Source: an uncultured Desulfosarcina sp.
Lineage (GTDB): Bacteria; Desulfobacterota; Desulfobacteria; Desulfobacterales; Desulfosarcinaceae
Direction of reading: 5' to 3'
DNA length: 64,000 nucleotides
Assembly (NCBI GenBank): GCA_963674945.2
Contig: CAXXWQ010000003.1
Location: 1,664,001-1,728,000, forward strand
The stretch's first letter is position 1. The number at the start of each line of letters is the position of its first letter. The notes beneath the pieces are model-generated. The model was not told where the DNA came from. It ran no database searches and saw only the letters and a list, made by a program, of their open reading frames with translations. The position numbers were made by a program, and so were the translations under genes. Shown one piece after another: positions 30,130 to 40,771 of the stretch.

Positions 30130-30810
30130 TTATTGGATTTCACTGCGCAATTTAACGCCACGGGCGGGGGCACCCAAAGCGATCGTACCATCGGGAATAT
30201 CGGATGAGACGATGGAACCCGCACCGACGACTGCCCCCTTACCGATTCGTACACCGTCCAGGACAATCACTCCGAAACCCAACCAGGCATCATCCTCGAT
30301 CACGATACTTCCACGTGACGTCAAAGGCTGTTCCTGGATCAGTCGGTCCGGTGCCACGCCGTGATTATAGGGGTAAAAGGCGCAATTGGGCGCAATTTGC
30401 ACCTCGTCGCCGATGATGATGTCAGACTTGTAGGCTGACAATTGACACCGGGGATGGATGTGAGAGTTGCATCCGATGGAAATGGATCCGCCGGACCCGG
30501 TTTGAATATAATTATTATCATAAATATGAGCGCGTTCTTTTAGCCTCACTTCGCCGCCGCCCGGCGACTGAAAAATGACAACACCATCACCGATAAAAAT
30601 ATTGGGTCCCAATCGCAGATTCCGGTGATAAATTGTGGCGCTGGGAGAAATATAGCCCTTTGGGTTGTATTGGGCCAGGTATGCTCGTCCGTAATACGGA
30701 GCGGCGAACCAACAGGCCATGCGTGTTGAGAATCGACCAAAGATTCCCCTGCCTGCGAACTGCATCCAGAAACGTATCCAATAATGGGAAAGCTTATTTT
30801 TTGTTATCAT
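30130..30810 (-). CDS. Hexapeptide-repeat (LbH) sugar O-acyltransferase
   Basis: IVIEDDAWLG, GVRIGKGAVVGAGSIV, GAPAR. Confidence 0.9.
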   Translation of the reverse strand: MITKNKLSHYWIRFWMQFAGRGIFGRFSTRMACWFAAPYYGRAYLAQYNPKGYISPSATIYHRNLRLGPNIFIGDGVVIFQSPGGGEVRLKERAHIYDNNYIQTGSGGSISIGCNSHIHPRCQLSAYKSDIIIGDEVQIAPNCAFYPYNHGVAPDRLIQEQPLTSRGSIVIEDDAWLGFGVIVLDGVRIGKGAVVGAGSIVSSDIPDGTIALGAPARGVKLRSEIQ

Positions 30811-30852
30811 ATTATCGGTAAAAGCGGTGCGCCGATCGGACGACCCGAAAAC

Positions 30853-32076
30853 TCAATGGTTGCCATTGGCAGCCATTCGACTTCTTTTATCCGGGATTAG
30901 CTCATTTACAACGGCCTCGGCAACGTTCTGATAGACTTTCTTGTACTTTTCACGCGAATGGAAGGTGCGTGCATAATGCCATGCACTTTTTGCTCGTCGG
31001 TAAAGATCTTCCGAACTGCTGCATGCAATTCGTTTGACGGTATCCTTGATCTCGTCCATGGAGCTTTCCAGCAACATAAAACCGAAATCCTGAACCTGAA
31101 ATCCACTTTCACGACTGATGGCCGGGATTAAACCCGCCTGCATGCACGTGGCAACGGCACCGGCCTGACCTTCTGCGCAGGAAGGGTAAACCAAGGATGC
31201 ACATTGGTTCGTGGTTTTTACAAACTGGTCACTGGCGACATCAACCCATCCAAGGGTAGTTATATTATCCAACTGGTAAAGCTCGTGACGATAGAGGGTC
31301 TTAAAGTCTTGCTCATTTTCTATGGGGCCACAGACATATAATTTCAAATCGGGAAGCGAGGCAAAAACTTCCAATACCAAATCCAATCCTTTATTTACGA
31401 AGCCATCGCTTCCCATCCATAAAAAATTTGTACGAGCCATGTCAAAGTTCTTATCTTCCGGGAAAGGATAAGTTTTGCAGGTGGGAACAGGAAGTTGAAA
31501 AATGGTCTTACCCCCGTACTGATAAGTAGTGCTGGTCCATTCATTGCCGAGCAGCGTGGCGCAATCTGCAGACTCTATCGCCCAGTTTTGGTCGAGTACC
31601 TTTCTCATTTTAATTGTTGCCTTGCGCCTCTTCTGCAAGGATAGGTAACGGGTATAGGCGGCCTGGTTGTTAAACATCCAGTGTGACGTATCAAGATGGA
31701 CCACTTTGTAACAATCGTCGTTCAATCGATTGGCAATGATTTGAAAATTGGATCTTGCAGAAACAAAAAGGTCATATTTTCGCCTTGGCATGAAGGCATC
31801 ATTGCGATAATCGATAACATCCACAATGAATCCAAGGTCCCGATATGTTTGTCCGATGTGGTACGATTCCCAGAAATGGGTGTGTGAATTCAGGCTTTCA
31901 CGTTTATCGGAAAGAAACGGTTCGATTATATAAGCCAATAACACTCGCCCTCTTGGTCTTTCTGTGGGCTTTAATGATACAGACTTGAAGACGTTGGGGT
32001 GCAACGGTCGATTTCTGCGAACTTCGTAACCAAAATGCCTGAATGCGTTAAGAATGATCCTTTTGATCGACTTCAT
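30853..32076 (-). CDS. GT4-like glycosyltransferase
   Basis: FLWMGS.G...KGLDL, YPSCAEG; paralog of 33214-34416. Confidence 0.85.
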   Translation of the reverse strand: MKSIKRIILNAFRHFGYEVRRNRPLHPNVFKSVSLKPTERPRGRVLLAYIIEPFLSDKRESLNSHTHFWESYHIGQTYRDLGFIVDVIDYRNDAFMPRRKYDLFVSARSNFQIIANRLNDDCYKVVHLDTSHWMFNNQAAYTRYLSLQKRRKATIKMRKVLDQNWAIESADCATLLGNEWTSTTYQYGGKTIFQLPVPTCKTYPFPEDKNFDMARTNFLWMGSDGFVNKGLDLVLEVFASLPDLKLYVCGPIENEQDFKTLYRHELYQLDNITTLGWVDVASDQFVKTTNQCASLVYPSCAEGQAGAVATCMQAGLIPAISRESGFQVQDFGFMLLESSMDEIKDTVKRIACSSSEDLYRRAKSAWHYARTFHSREKYKKVYQNVAEAVVNELIPDKRSRMAANGNH

Positions 32077-32134
32077 AAGGCCATCCCCCGATACTCTTTC
32101 AGGATGGCATCACATCAGGGTAAGAAATAGTCCC

Positions 32135-33205
32135 CTATTTTTCCACTCTTCTGGTAAAAGGCACACGAATTTTGAAAACCCATTGACTTGCTGCCTCGGT
32201 CCTGTTCAGCACGACACCATCGATACATCCAAACCACTGGTTCTCCCCGACCTGATGCAAATCCAGTTGATGGAACCCATCGGCACGCCAAGCAGGTGTT
32301 GCGCTTGTTTCTTCGGCACCTTCAACCTCGATTAACGGCATGCCTTCTAACTCATGCTCATCATAATCCGTTCTGGTTAGTGTATCAATCTGAAATATCC
32401 GTACACGGTTTCCATAGGTCGGCCAATCATCCTGTGAAACCCGAAACAACACGTTTTTATACACCAAAATCTTTCCCGCCGGCCGCGCTATGTTTGCATC
32501 ACCCTGAATAATTGGGGAAGAAGGGTGTTCAGACCATGGACCACGCAGTTCTTTTGCATGATACAAGCGCAAAGTGCTCATACCTTGAGGATCCGTCGTT
32601 GTGAATATCCACCAATGGTCCTTGTATTTTAGTATTGTGGAATCCGCAAATGGCCTTCCACGTATGAGTGTCGAATCATGGTGCCAGGAAAAAGGAAAAT
32701 CAGTCGATTTATACAGCCGGATCTCGTTGACCACATTGGTTTCCGGAATCATGTAGTATTGCTCGTCAGCGACAAACACGTGGGGATAGGATAAATGAAA
32801 GGCCTCATCCAAAACGATTTTTTGGTATTCCCAATCAATCCCGTCCGCACTTTTTGCTAGACCAATGTCACCCTGCCCGGATTGTTTGTTGAATACTTCA
32901 AAAAACATATACCAGCTGTTATTCTCATGAATCATAAACGGATCGGCAACGAAAAGGGCGTCTACGTCATCAATATCCCCTGCGTCCAAAACCGGGTTTT
33001 TCGTCTGCTGTTTTTCATAGAGCCGCAGCGGTTGCTTTCCCCACACGGTTCCAATCGAATAGGAATAACTTATTTTCGAAGGTTCCAGTTCTCTGGAAAA
33101 CTCAACCAACGGAACGTCAATACCAAGAATTCTTATGGAAAAAAAGATGGATAAAAGAATCAAGAGTACAGACAACCCAATCATTGTAAGCTTTTTCTTC
33201 GACAT
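32135..33205 (-). CDS. Membrane-anchored five-bladed beta-propeller (GH43/GINT1 N-terminal-like) protein
   Basis: N-terminal TM; NPVL, FVADPF, YMFFE, FHLSYP.V, YMIPE, ARPAG. Confidence 0.78.
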   Translation of the reverse strand: MSKKKLTMIGLSVLLILLSIFFSIRILGIDVPLVEFSRELEPSKISYSYSIGTVWGKQPLRLYEKQQTKNPVLDAGDIDDVDALFVADPFMIHENNSWYMFFEVFNKQSGQGDIGLAKSADGIDWEYQKIVLDEAFHLSYPHVFVADEQYYMIPETNVVNEIRLYKSTDFPFSWHHDSTLIRGRPFADSTILKYKDHWWIFTTTDPQGMSTLRLYHAKELRGPWSEHPSSPIIQGDANIARPAGKILVYKNVLFRVSQDDWPTYGNRVRIFQIDTLTRTDYDEHELEGMPLIEVEGAEETSATPAWRADGFHQLDLHQVGENQWFGCIDGVVLNRTEAASQWVFKIRVPFTRRVEK

Positions 33206-33213
33206 TTGTTATC

Positions 33214-34416
33214 CTATTCACGACACGTTTCATTCTCTATATTTTCGACAACCTGTTGATATACCCTGGCGAATTGATCCCGTGTATGGTTCTTGCGGGC
33301 AAAATTCCATGCATTTACCCCCATCTTTTTTAATTGGACTTCGGGCATCTGGGAAATCAGTTTAACCGATCGTTTAATTTCTTCCACGGATAATTCAGTT
33401 AGTACGACACCAAAGTCTTCAGTATCAACACTGGATTCATAGCTAACGATGGGGATCAAACCGGCATGCATACAATTTACCACACTGCCCCCCCCGCCTT
33501 CTGCACAGGAGGGATACACCATCGCCACACACTTATTAACGATCGCAGCAAAGTCCGCTCCGGATACATCGACCCACCCGATGGTATGAATGTTGGGTTG
33601 ATTATAAAGGGCATCGTGATATGCATTCACAAAATCGACTTCCTTATCCAGCGGCCCCAGCACGTACAAATGATGTTCGGGCATCTCAACAAAGGCATCG
33701 AGAACCAAATCCAGTCCTTTGTGAACCAAACCGTGGCTCCCCATCCATAGAAAATTGCTGCGACAGGCATTGAAATCTTTGCGGACGGGAGTGGGAAACG
33801 TTGAACACGTAGAAATCGGTATCCGAAAGATGGGCTTTTTTGCATAACGATATGTGTCGATGGTAAAATCGTTGCCCAAAATGGTTACATAATCGGCGTG
33901 TTCGATGGCCCAGTTGATCTCCTGGAACTTGACGTTGCTCGCTGTCACTCCGGTTTTTTTTTGGAAATCAGACAACCGCTTGTAGGCGGCAAGATTATTG
34001 AACAGCCAGTGCGCCATGTCCAAATGAGCGATTTTAATACAATCCGCGTTGATCAGCGATGAGATCCTTTGAAATTCTGTTCGTGCGCCAACAAAAAAAG
34101 CATACTTTTTTTTGGGCACAAACCTGGAATTACGATAGTCAATGACATCAACCCGGTAACCGAGGTTTAAGAATGTTTGGGCAATCTGGTAAGATTCCCA
34201 ATAATGTGTATGTGCGTTGAGGCAATCTGGCTTTTGGGTCAAAAAGGACTCGATCACGTAAGAAAGCAGCACCCGACCTTTTGGGGGGCCCGATGGTTCA
34301 ATAGTTACACGTTTGTAAAGATGCGGTGTATCTGACCTGAAATTCGTCAGATCATACCCAAAATGATGAATGATGGGCAATACAATTCGTTTTAGAATGT
34401 CCAATGACGCTTCCAA
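33214..34416 (-). CDS. GT4-like glycosyltransferase
   Basis: FLWMGS.G..HKGLDL, YPSCAEG. Confidence 0.85.
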   Translation of the reverse strand: MEASLDILKRIVLPIIHHFGYDLTNFRSDTPHLYKRVTIEPSGPPKGRVLLSYVIESFLTQKPDCLNAHTHYWESYQIAQTFLNLGYRVDVIDYRNSRFVPKKKYAFFVGARTEFQRISSLINADCIKIAHLDMAHWLFNNLAAYKRLSDFQKKTGVTASNVKFQEINWAIEHADYVTILGNDFTIDTYRYAKKPIFRIPISTCSTFPTPVRKDFNACRSNFLWMGSHGLVHKGLDLVLDAFVEMPEHHLYVLGPLDKEVDFVNAYHDALYNQPNIHTIGWVDVSGADFAAIVNKCVAMVYPSCAEGGGGSVVNCMHAGLIPIVSYESSVDTEDFGVVLTELSVEEIKRSVKLISQMPEVQLKKMGVNAWNFARKNHTRDQFARVYQQVVENIENETCRE

Positions 34417-34485
34417 TCATTTCCGCACTGCAATCCAGTTTACGCCAACAACTGCAATCAATAGTAAATCAAAGAAAAGAGATCG

Positions 34486-35823
34486 TTATTCTGCTGGATT
34501 GTAAATAGTCGTCCATTTTAACAAAGGCCTTACCGCCCCCATCATGTCGCGACCATAATCCCCCCTGGCCGAATCACCTTCGTCGGTGTCAACGACTGTA
34601 AAAGATACCGCACTGCGTTCAAGGAACTCCAGGGTATCCGGGCTGAGTGTAATTAGACAGCAATTCACATAATGGACCCCTTCGGCCAGTAAGTTACCGG
34701 GAACATGTGCGATACTCGTATAGCGGCCCTTCGGTCGCGGCCGCTTGCGCCATTCCGGATCGAGATCAACAGTAAGGAAAACCAACGTGCCTTCTTCATT
34801 CTGCAATCCGAAATGGGGTAACAGCATGACTCCGGATTTATTCAAATCGAAGGTCATTTCGATCGTGAAAGGTCTTCGAATATCAATGGCATCGGAGACC
34901 TCGCCATTATCCGATTTCACCTTGACTGCGCATAGTCGCGAAACCTCACCAGCCGGAGCCCTCTGGGGATCCTTCCATTCGCGGGAGGCTGATGTACCGC
35001 TCCCGGAAGTCATATAAGCGCCGACGACTTTGTGGGAAGGCCCGTCGTCAATGATCCGTCCCTCCTCCAACAAGATGGCTCGCTGGCAAAGCCGAGTGAT
35101 GGCGGCCATATTATGGGAAACGAAGAGAACCGTTCGCCCCTGCTGTCCGACATCTTCCATCTTATCCAGGCATTTTCGCTGAAAATCAGCATCACCGACG
35201 GCCAGGACTTCATCGACAACCAGTACTTCTGGTTCCAGGTGGGCGGCAACTGAAAAGGCAAGTCTGACCTGCATGCCGCTTGAGAACCTTTTGACCGGTG
35301 TATCGATGAATTTTTCAACACCCGAGAAAGCAACGATTTTGTCGAATTTGGCTCTCACCTCCCCACGTTTCATCCCTAAAATTGTGCCATTGAGATAAAC
35401 ATTCTCCCTGCCGGTCAACTCGGGGTGGAATCCGGTACCGACTTCAAGAAGGCTTGATATTTTACCTCGTACGGTTGCCCGCCCTCTTGTCGGATGAGTA
35501 ATACGGCAGAGAATCTTTAACAGTGTTGATTTCCCTGCACCATTATTTCCTATGATCCCGATGGTTTCACCTTTCTGAGCGCTGAAGGAAACATCCCGCA
35601 CCGCCCAGAGCAAATTTGAATGGTTCTCACCATCGGGTGACTCACCCGATAATTCATAATCCTTGAAATGATAAAGTGATCGGTACTTCTGATAATTATT
35701 TATGGGGTTTTTTAAAAACTCAAAGAAAGTACGCGCAAAATTGTCGTGAAGTTCTTCTTTTTTCCCTAATCGATATACCTTGCTAATATTATCGACATGG
35801 ATGGCAGGTTGATTATTCGACAT
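34486..35823 (-). CDS. wzt: Polysaccharide ABC transporter ATP-binding protein with Wzt C-terminal domain
   Basis: GNNGAGKST, GFHPELTGREN, SSGMQVRL, VDEVLAVGD, VSH, plus ~170-aa C-terminal extension. Confidence 0.94.
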   Translation of the reverse strand: MSNNQPAIHVDNISKVYRLGKKEELHDNFARTFFEFLKNPINNYQKYRSLYHFKDYELSGESPDGENHSNLLWAVRDVSFSAQKGETIGIIGNNGAGKSTLLKILCRITHPTRGRATVRGKISSLLEVGTGFHPELTGRENVYLNGTILGMKRGEVRAKFDKIVAFSGVEKFIDTPVKRFSSGMQVRLAFSVAAHLEPEVLVVDEVLAVGDADFQRKCLDKMEDVGQQGRTVLFVSHNMAAITRLCQRAILLEEGRIIDDGPSHKVVGAYMTSGSGTSASREWKDPQRAPAGEVSRLCAVKVKSDNGEVSDAIDIRRPFTIEMTFDLNKSGVMLLPHFGLQNEEGTLVFLTVDLDPEWRKRPRPKGRYTSIAHVPGNLLAEGVHYVNCCLITLSPDTLEFLERSAVSFTVVDTDEGDSARGDYGRDMMGAVRPLLKWTTIYNPAE

Positions 35824-35909
35824 GGTATTTCATCTCTTAGAATTCTTTCAATTACCGGTCAATTCGCTATTTGCCGGCCAACAATCCTATTCGGTTCTGA
35901 AGGATTAAT

Positions 35910-36770
35910 TTAAATCACATCAACGAAGACTCTTTCCATTCGTTTAAAGTAATATGCGCCAAAGAAAAGAAGTACGATTGCGGTCAATATCCCCGGGACG
36001 ATAAAGGGCCATGGAATCGGCAATCCAAGCAAACAGGCCCGAAAGCCCTCAATCGTACCCACAATCGGATTTATTGAATAAATCAAACGCCATTTTTCAG
36101 GAATTTCGGAAGCAGAATAGACGATTGGAGCGGAGTACATCAGCATTTGAAGCGCATATCCCATCGCATATCTGACATCGCGATAACGGATCGCCATCGC
36201 TGACATCAGCATACCGACGCCGGCGGCGACACAGATCATTTGCAATGTGAAAAACGGCAGAAGCAGCAGGCTCCATGTGGGCATCACTCTATAGTATAAA
36301 ATAGCAGAAATAATAATCAATAGAGCGATCCCAAAATCGACGAGCTTTGCAAAAACTGCAGTTAAGGGAAAAATTAAACGCGGAAAATAGACCTTTCCCA
36401 GAACATTCTGTCCTGTCACCAGACTTTGGCTGGATAGGTTCATGGCCTGGGACATAAATGTCCACGGAACAACGGCAACAGTGGTAAACAGAAAATAGGG
36501 AATGCCCTCCGTTTCGATTTTCGCGACATTTCCGAAGATGACTGTAAAAATTACAATTTGCGTTAATGGCTGAACGATTGCCCACAGAAAACCTAGTATC
36601 GTCTGCGCATACAGCACCTTAATATCACGCCAGACCAGAAAGAAAATTAAATCCTTATACTCAAGCAACTCTCTGAAATTAATCAGTTGCCATCCGCTGC
36701 CGGGCTCGATGGTGGTGACATTATCTTCATTAAAACGCAACTTTTCATTGTTTTGACTCTGGCGCAACAT
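35910..36770 (-). CDS. wzm: Polysaccharide ABC transporter permease
   Basis: RDIKVLYAQT.LG..W, KVYFPR, RYRD, P.VY, NP. Confidence 0.94.
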   Translation of the reverse strand: MLRQSQNNEKLRFNEDNVTTIEPGSGWQLINFRELLEYKDLIFFLVWRDIKVLYAQTILGFLWAIVQPLTQIVIFTVIFGNVAKIETEGIPYFLFTTVAVVPWTFMSQAMNLSSQSLVTGQNVLGKVYFPRLIFPLTAVFAKLVDFGIALLIIISAILYYRVMPTWSLLLLPFFTLQMICVAAGVGMLMSAMAIRYRDVRYAMGYALQMLMYSAPIVYSASEIPEKWRLIYSINPIVGTIEGFRACLLGLPIPWPFIVPGILTAIVLLFFGAYYFKRMERVFVDVI

Positions 36771-37025
36771 AGTAAATTACTCTCCGACGTCATGCTCCGA
36801 CGAGATCTTAATCGGAAATGAATGAATTGTTAACCCAACACCGGTTCAAGTTTTGCCATGGTTCGGATTCACCATAATGTCATTGGGATAAAAAAGTCAT
36901 AAACAATTATGATTGCCCTAACGTTTCGCCCATCAGCGTTCCATCATTCGGTTCTGTGGACAGGTAGCATGATTTCCGCTATTCGCCCCAAAATCCCAAC
37001 CATTGAAAAAGTCACTCAATTTGCG

Positions 37026-37826
37026 TCAAACCAGACCGATTGATCGTATCTTTTCCATGTCCACAGGTGTTCCGATATCCACGAAGTGATTGTCAGGGAA
37101 CAACACGGTGTCTGTAGCCATACCCTGGTCAATGGCAGCCTGAATGACATCGCCCATGGTCAATTCCCCGATGTCATGTCCATCGGAAACCGATCCCTTG
37201 GACTGGGCCATCGGTTTCACCGTTTCGACATACTTATGTAGAAACGAAGTGAATGCCGGTGTCCACAAGGCAATCACCCATGTATATTGCAAATCGGTTT
37301 GTACGGGCCGGATACAGACGCCTCGAAGATTTCCATGGGAATCAAGGTCAAGCATATCGACTTTGTGAGACTCCGGAGCCGGCAGTATTCCGAGAACCAG
37401 GTCGGCGTCGGTTTTCTCCTGTCTGGCGACCAACTGGATAAATGCGTCATCCGGTTGAAAAACGATATCCGGAAATCCGAATGCCACCATTGTCTGACGA
37501 ACGAATGGATAGGCTTGATCAACGGAATAGGGAACGCCGAAAGGCAGATCCATGAGAAGATATGCCAACTGCATGTTGACCAGACCGCCATGTTTGTAAT
37601 AGGCCGGAATATCCCATTTCCCATCTCTGATAACGATGAAGGCCTTGTGTATATTGGCATAACGCATTTTTTCCAATAGGAAATGACTGACCACCTTGGG
37701 GCGCCTTCCGAGATCGTGGGACGGTGGATGAAATCCAATTGGAAATATTTCCTTGCTGCACGGCAATGGCGAAATGCGTCTGGCCTTACCGGCCGCAGGA
37801 ATCAAACCGACGACTTCCATTGGCAA
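37026..37826 (-). CDS. Sugar-1-phosphate nucleotidyltransferase (RmlA-like)
   Basis: GLIPAAG.A.R..P...SKE, DIGTP. Confidence 0.82.
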   Translation of the reverse strand: MPMEVVGLIPAAGKARRISPLPCSKEIFPIGFHPPSHDLGRRPKVVSHFLLEKMRYANIHKAFIVIRDGKWDIPAYYKHGGLVNMQLAYLLMDLPFGVPYSVDQAYPFVRQTMVAFGFPDIVFQPDDAFIQLVARQEKTDADLVLGILPAPESHKVDMLDLDSHGNLRGVCIRPVQTDLQYTWVIALWTPAFTSFLHKYVETVKPMAQSKGSVSDGHDIGELTMGDVIQAAIDQGMATDTVLFPDNHFVDIGTPVDMEKIRSIGLV

Positions 37827-37841
37827 CTTCCTTTTCCCGCA

Positions 37842-38783
37842 TCAGCCGTAACGCGATCGGTACCAGTCAATGGTCCGCTGCAGCCCTACTTCCAATGAGG
37901 TGCTGGCTTCCCACCCGGTTTTAACCTTAGTGTCCGCAATATCGGCCAGCCGCACCTGCTCCATAGGTCTGTCGGGAATGCTCCCGAAACTGGGTTGAAC
38001 CTCAGCCGACATCAGTGAAAAAATTCGCTGCACGATATCCTGGATTGAGGAAGCCCTTCCGGACCCCAGATCGATCGTGTGGCCGTCGATATTTGAAGCA
38101 TTCGCGATAGCTAAAAAGCCATCAATTACGTCCTTTACAAAAATCCAGTCGACCAACCGATGGCCACTGGACAGCTTTGGGACTTCACCTCTCAACAGGG
38201 AAAGGATAACATATGGTATCAATTTGCTCAGATCGCTTTGTCCGGGCCCATATACCATGAATAAGCGTGCAATCGTTACAGGTGTTCCATAAAGTGCATG
38301 AAACATCCGTCCATAGGCACTTGCCGCAAATTTTGCGGCTGCATACGGAGAAGATGGGACTGCGAATCGGTCACCGATCTCCGGTTCTTCCAAAGAGCCT
38401 GTCAACACCAGTTTTTGACAACCGACGTGGGCTGCCGCACGCAAGATATTAACACTCGAAGCCAAATTGTCTTCAAATGTGGGAACGACCCGTTCCAAGT
38501 CCCGCGCACCAACGACATGGCTGGCGAGATGAAAGATCATGTCGGGCTTTACGGATTCAAGGCCTTGCATAACAGCCTTGCTATCTTTTAAATCTAGTTT
38601 CATCCACAAGGAACACGTATCATTTTTCTTTTGCTCTTTCCTCGATATACCGACAACTTCATTTCCCATTTGAAGTAAACGGCGGCACAGATGCGATCCG
38701 ATAAACCCACTGGCACCGGTTACCAGAATTTTCCTTCCGGACATGTTACTATCCATCAACAGCCACCCTTCATTTATTGCCAT
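37842..38783 (-). CDS. NAD-dependent epimerase/dehydratase (extended SDR)
   Basis: VTGASGFIG, FHLA, PYAAAK, VYGPG. Confidence 0.92.
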   Translation of the reverse strand: MAINEGWLLMDSNMSGRKILVTGASGFIGSHLCRRLLQMGNEVVGISRKEQKKNDTCSLWMKLDLKDSKAVMQGLESVKPDMIFHLASHVVGARDLERVVPTFEDNLASSVNILRAAAHVGCQKLVLTGSLEEPEIGDRFAVPSSPYAAAKFAASAYGRMFHALYGTPVTIARLFMVYGPGQSDLSKLIPYVILSLLRGEVPKLSSGHRLVDWIFVKDVIDGFLAIANASNIDGHTIDLGSGRASSIQDIVQRIFSLMSAEVQPSFGSIPDRPMEQVRLADIADTKVKTGWEASTSLEVGLQRTIDWYRSRYG

Positions 38784-38804
38784 CGATCAGAGCACTGAAT
38801 GATT

Positions 38805-40106
38805 TCAGCATTTTTCAAGCAAATGATGTTCCACCAGGATATCAGAGATCTCTCTTAATGTTGAGAAATCGATTCCCGATCTTTCGGACATATTCAAGAG
38901 TGAATGGTTTCCATCGGCAAGGTTGAGGACCCAAAGCATGGCCAATTGATCTTTCTGACTGCTGCTACGGGCACCGATTTTATCGTAGAGGCCCCGCGTG
39001 CCCAATTGGGGCTCACAAAAAGGATCTGTCCGTACATAGGTTTGATTGTTTTCAATTATGTCGATAACGTCAAGATAGACGGAAAACGACTCAGAGAGAA
39101 ACGATGGTTTCACGATTGAAAAATTATCTGCACTGGTGTGGTACTCTGGATAGCGACCATGGGTTGAGCGGGAAAGACACCCGACCGGCAGATTAAATCC
39201 TGGTGAGCAGAACTGCCGTTCATCATACCCATAGGGAAAAAAATCTATGATTTCATGATCGTATTCGCAATTTTCCAAAACATGGACGACGGCCCGATCG
39301 ATTTCTGCGTCCGCCTGTCTCGAGCGCTTATAAATAAACTTACCCGCATCACCAACACAATTTACAATCAAACCATATTTAATGTTAGAACAATGCTCTT
39401 TGTTAAGTGAAAGCCAGCAGATAGATCCAATCGTTCCAGGAATAAATAAAAAACGATAGGAGTAGCGTAACGACAAATGACTTATATGTTCGGCCAAATA
39501 GGAAGACAGGGCAATCCCGGATAAATTGTCATTGCACAGTGATGGATGACAAATATGACACGACAGTAAGAATTCTTTCTCAGATTCCCCTTTGATCAGC
39601 ATTTCACCGAAGGTTAGTGATCCCTCTTCGAGTGAAGAATCAATAAAAACCTCATACATTTCTTCATTCAGACTCTGATATTGTTCGTGGGCCATACAAA
39701 AGCCCCAGTTTTCATCGTAGTATGTAGTTCGGTAAGGGATCCATCGAGGTTTTTCTGGAATCGTATAAAGATGTCTTGTCAATTCTTCTCTTGTTACTTT
39801 TTTCTCAACCGGGATACTATAGTTTAATACGTGCAGATTATTCTTTTGAAAATCTACTATTTTCTCACCTTTAGAATTTTTTATGTATGCATCGCGTATA
39901 TTCCACTCTTTTGGTATCGTCCAGTCAAACACTTTTGTGCCAGTTGGGACTTCAAATATCTCTATCGGGATGATTTTTCCAATAATATTGAGTGTCTCCC
40001 GAATACCATTTCCCGTGATACTCCTGCAGATCGGATATAAATCAGTAATTAACTGAATCATATCCTGACTGATTCCATTGAAATCAGTTGAAGATTTTTC
40101 TATCAT
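38805..40106 (-). CDS. DUF4910 family protein (peptidase M28-like fold + C-terminal winged helix)
   Basis: CRSITG.G, FDWT.P.EW, HICHPSLCNDNLSG, GYDERQ, YHTSAD, EPQLG.RGLY. Confidence 0.88.
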   Translation of the reverse strand: MIEKSSTDFNGISQDMIQLITDLYPICRSITGNGIRETLNIIGKIIPIEIFEVPTGTKVFDWTIPKEWNIRDAYIKNSKGEKIVDFQKNNLHVLNYSIPVEKKVTREELTRHLYTIPEKPRWIPYRTTYYDENWGFCMAHEQYQSLNEEMYEVFIDSSLEEGSLTFGEMLIKGESEKEFLLSCHICHPSLCNDNLSGIALSSYLAEHISHLSLRYSYRFLFIPGTIGSICWLSLNKEHCSNIKYGLIVNCVGDAGKFIYKRSRQADAEIDRAVVHVLENCEYDHEIIDFFPYGYDERQFCSPGFNLPVGCLSRSTHGRYPEYHTSADNFSIVKPSFLSESFSVYLDVIDIIENNQTYVRTDPFCEPQLGTRGLYDKIGARSSSQKDQLAMLWVLNLADGNHSLLNMSERSGIDFSTLREISDILVEHHLLEKC

Positions 40107-40225
40107 CGTACAACCTTAAAAAACCGCTTAGAAAAGACTGTTTTTTTTAATGAAAATAAAAAACGCAAATAAAAATCCCTGATATTCGGCTATGGCGTTT
40201 GACGACTATGAATTTCCAACAATTA

Positions 40226-40771
40226 TTAGATCATCGAGGATCTACTTATATAGTTGCATAGTTGTTCATCTTTTTCAGAAATAGTTATTTCTTTGATGGG
40301 CCATTCTATTTTGAAAGTTGGGTCATTATGATGGATACCACGAGCACATTCCGGATGATAAAACTCATTCATTTGATAGTAAACGATAGCATCTTCAGAT
40401 ATTGATTGAAAACCGTGTGCACACCCTTTTGGGATGTAAACGGATCTGTTGTTATCGTCACTCAGTTCAACTGATATCCACTTGGTTCGCGTTGGGGAAT
40501 CTGGCCTTATATCAACAATCACATCATATATTTTCCCCATAGTACATCTGACAATTTTTGCTTCTTCGTAGGGTTCACATTGATAATGCAAACCTCTCAG
40601 TGTACCCTCTTTCTTATTGTATGAAATGCTGCACTGAACAATGTTAAAGTCTATACCAAATTTAGCAAATTCATTAATACAAAACGTTCTTGAAAAAAAG
40701 CCACGTTCATCATTGTTTGGATCAATATCGATAATTATTACACCCTGAATACTAGTTTCTAAAAAAATCAT
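40226..40771 (-). CDS. rfbC: NDP-4-keto-6-deoxyhexose 3,5-epimerase (RmlC family)
   Basis: DERGFF, GTLRGLHYQ, DVIVDIR..SPT, G.AHGF. Confidence 0.92.
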   Translation of the reverse strand: MIFLETSIQGVIIIDIDPNNDERGFFSRTFCINEFAKFGIDFNIVQCSISYNKKEGTLRGLHYQCEPYEEAKIVRCTMGKIYDVIVDIRPDSPTRTKWISVELSDDNNRSVYIPKGCAHGFQSISEDAIVYYQMNEFYHPECARGIHHNDPTFKIEWPIKEITISEKDEQLCNYISRSSMI

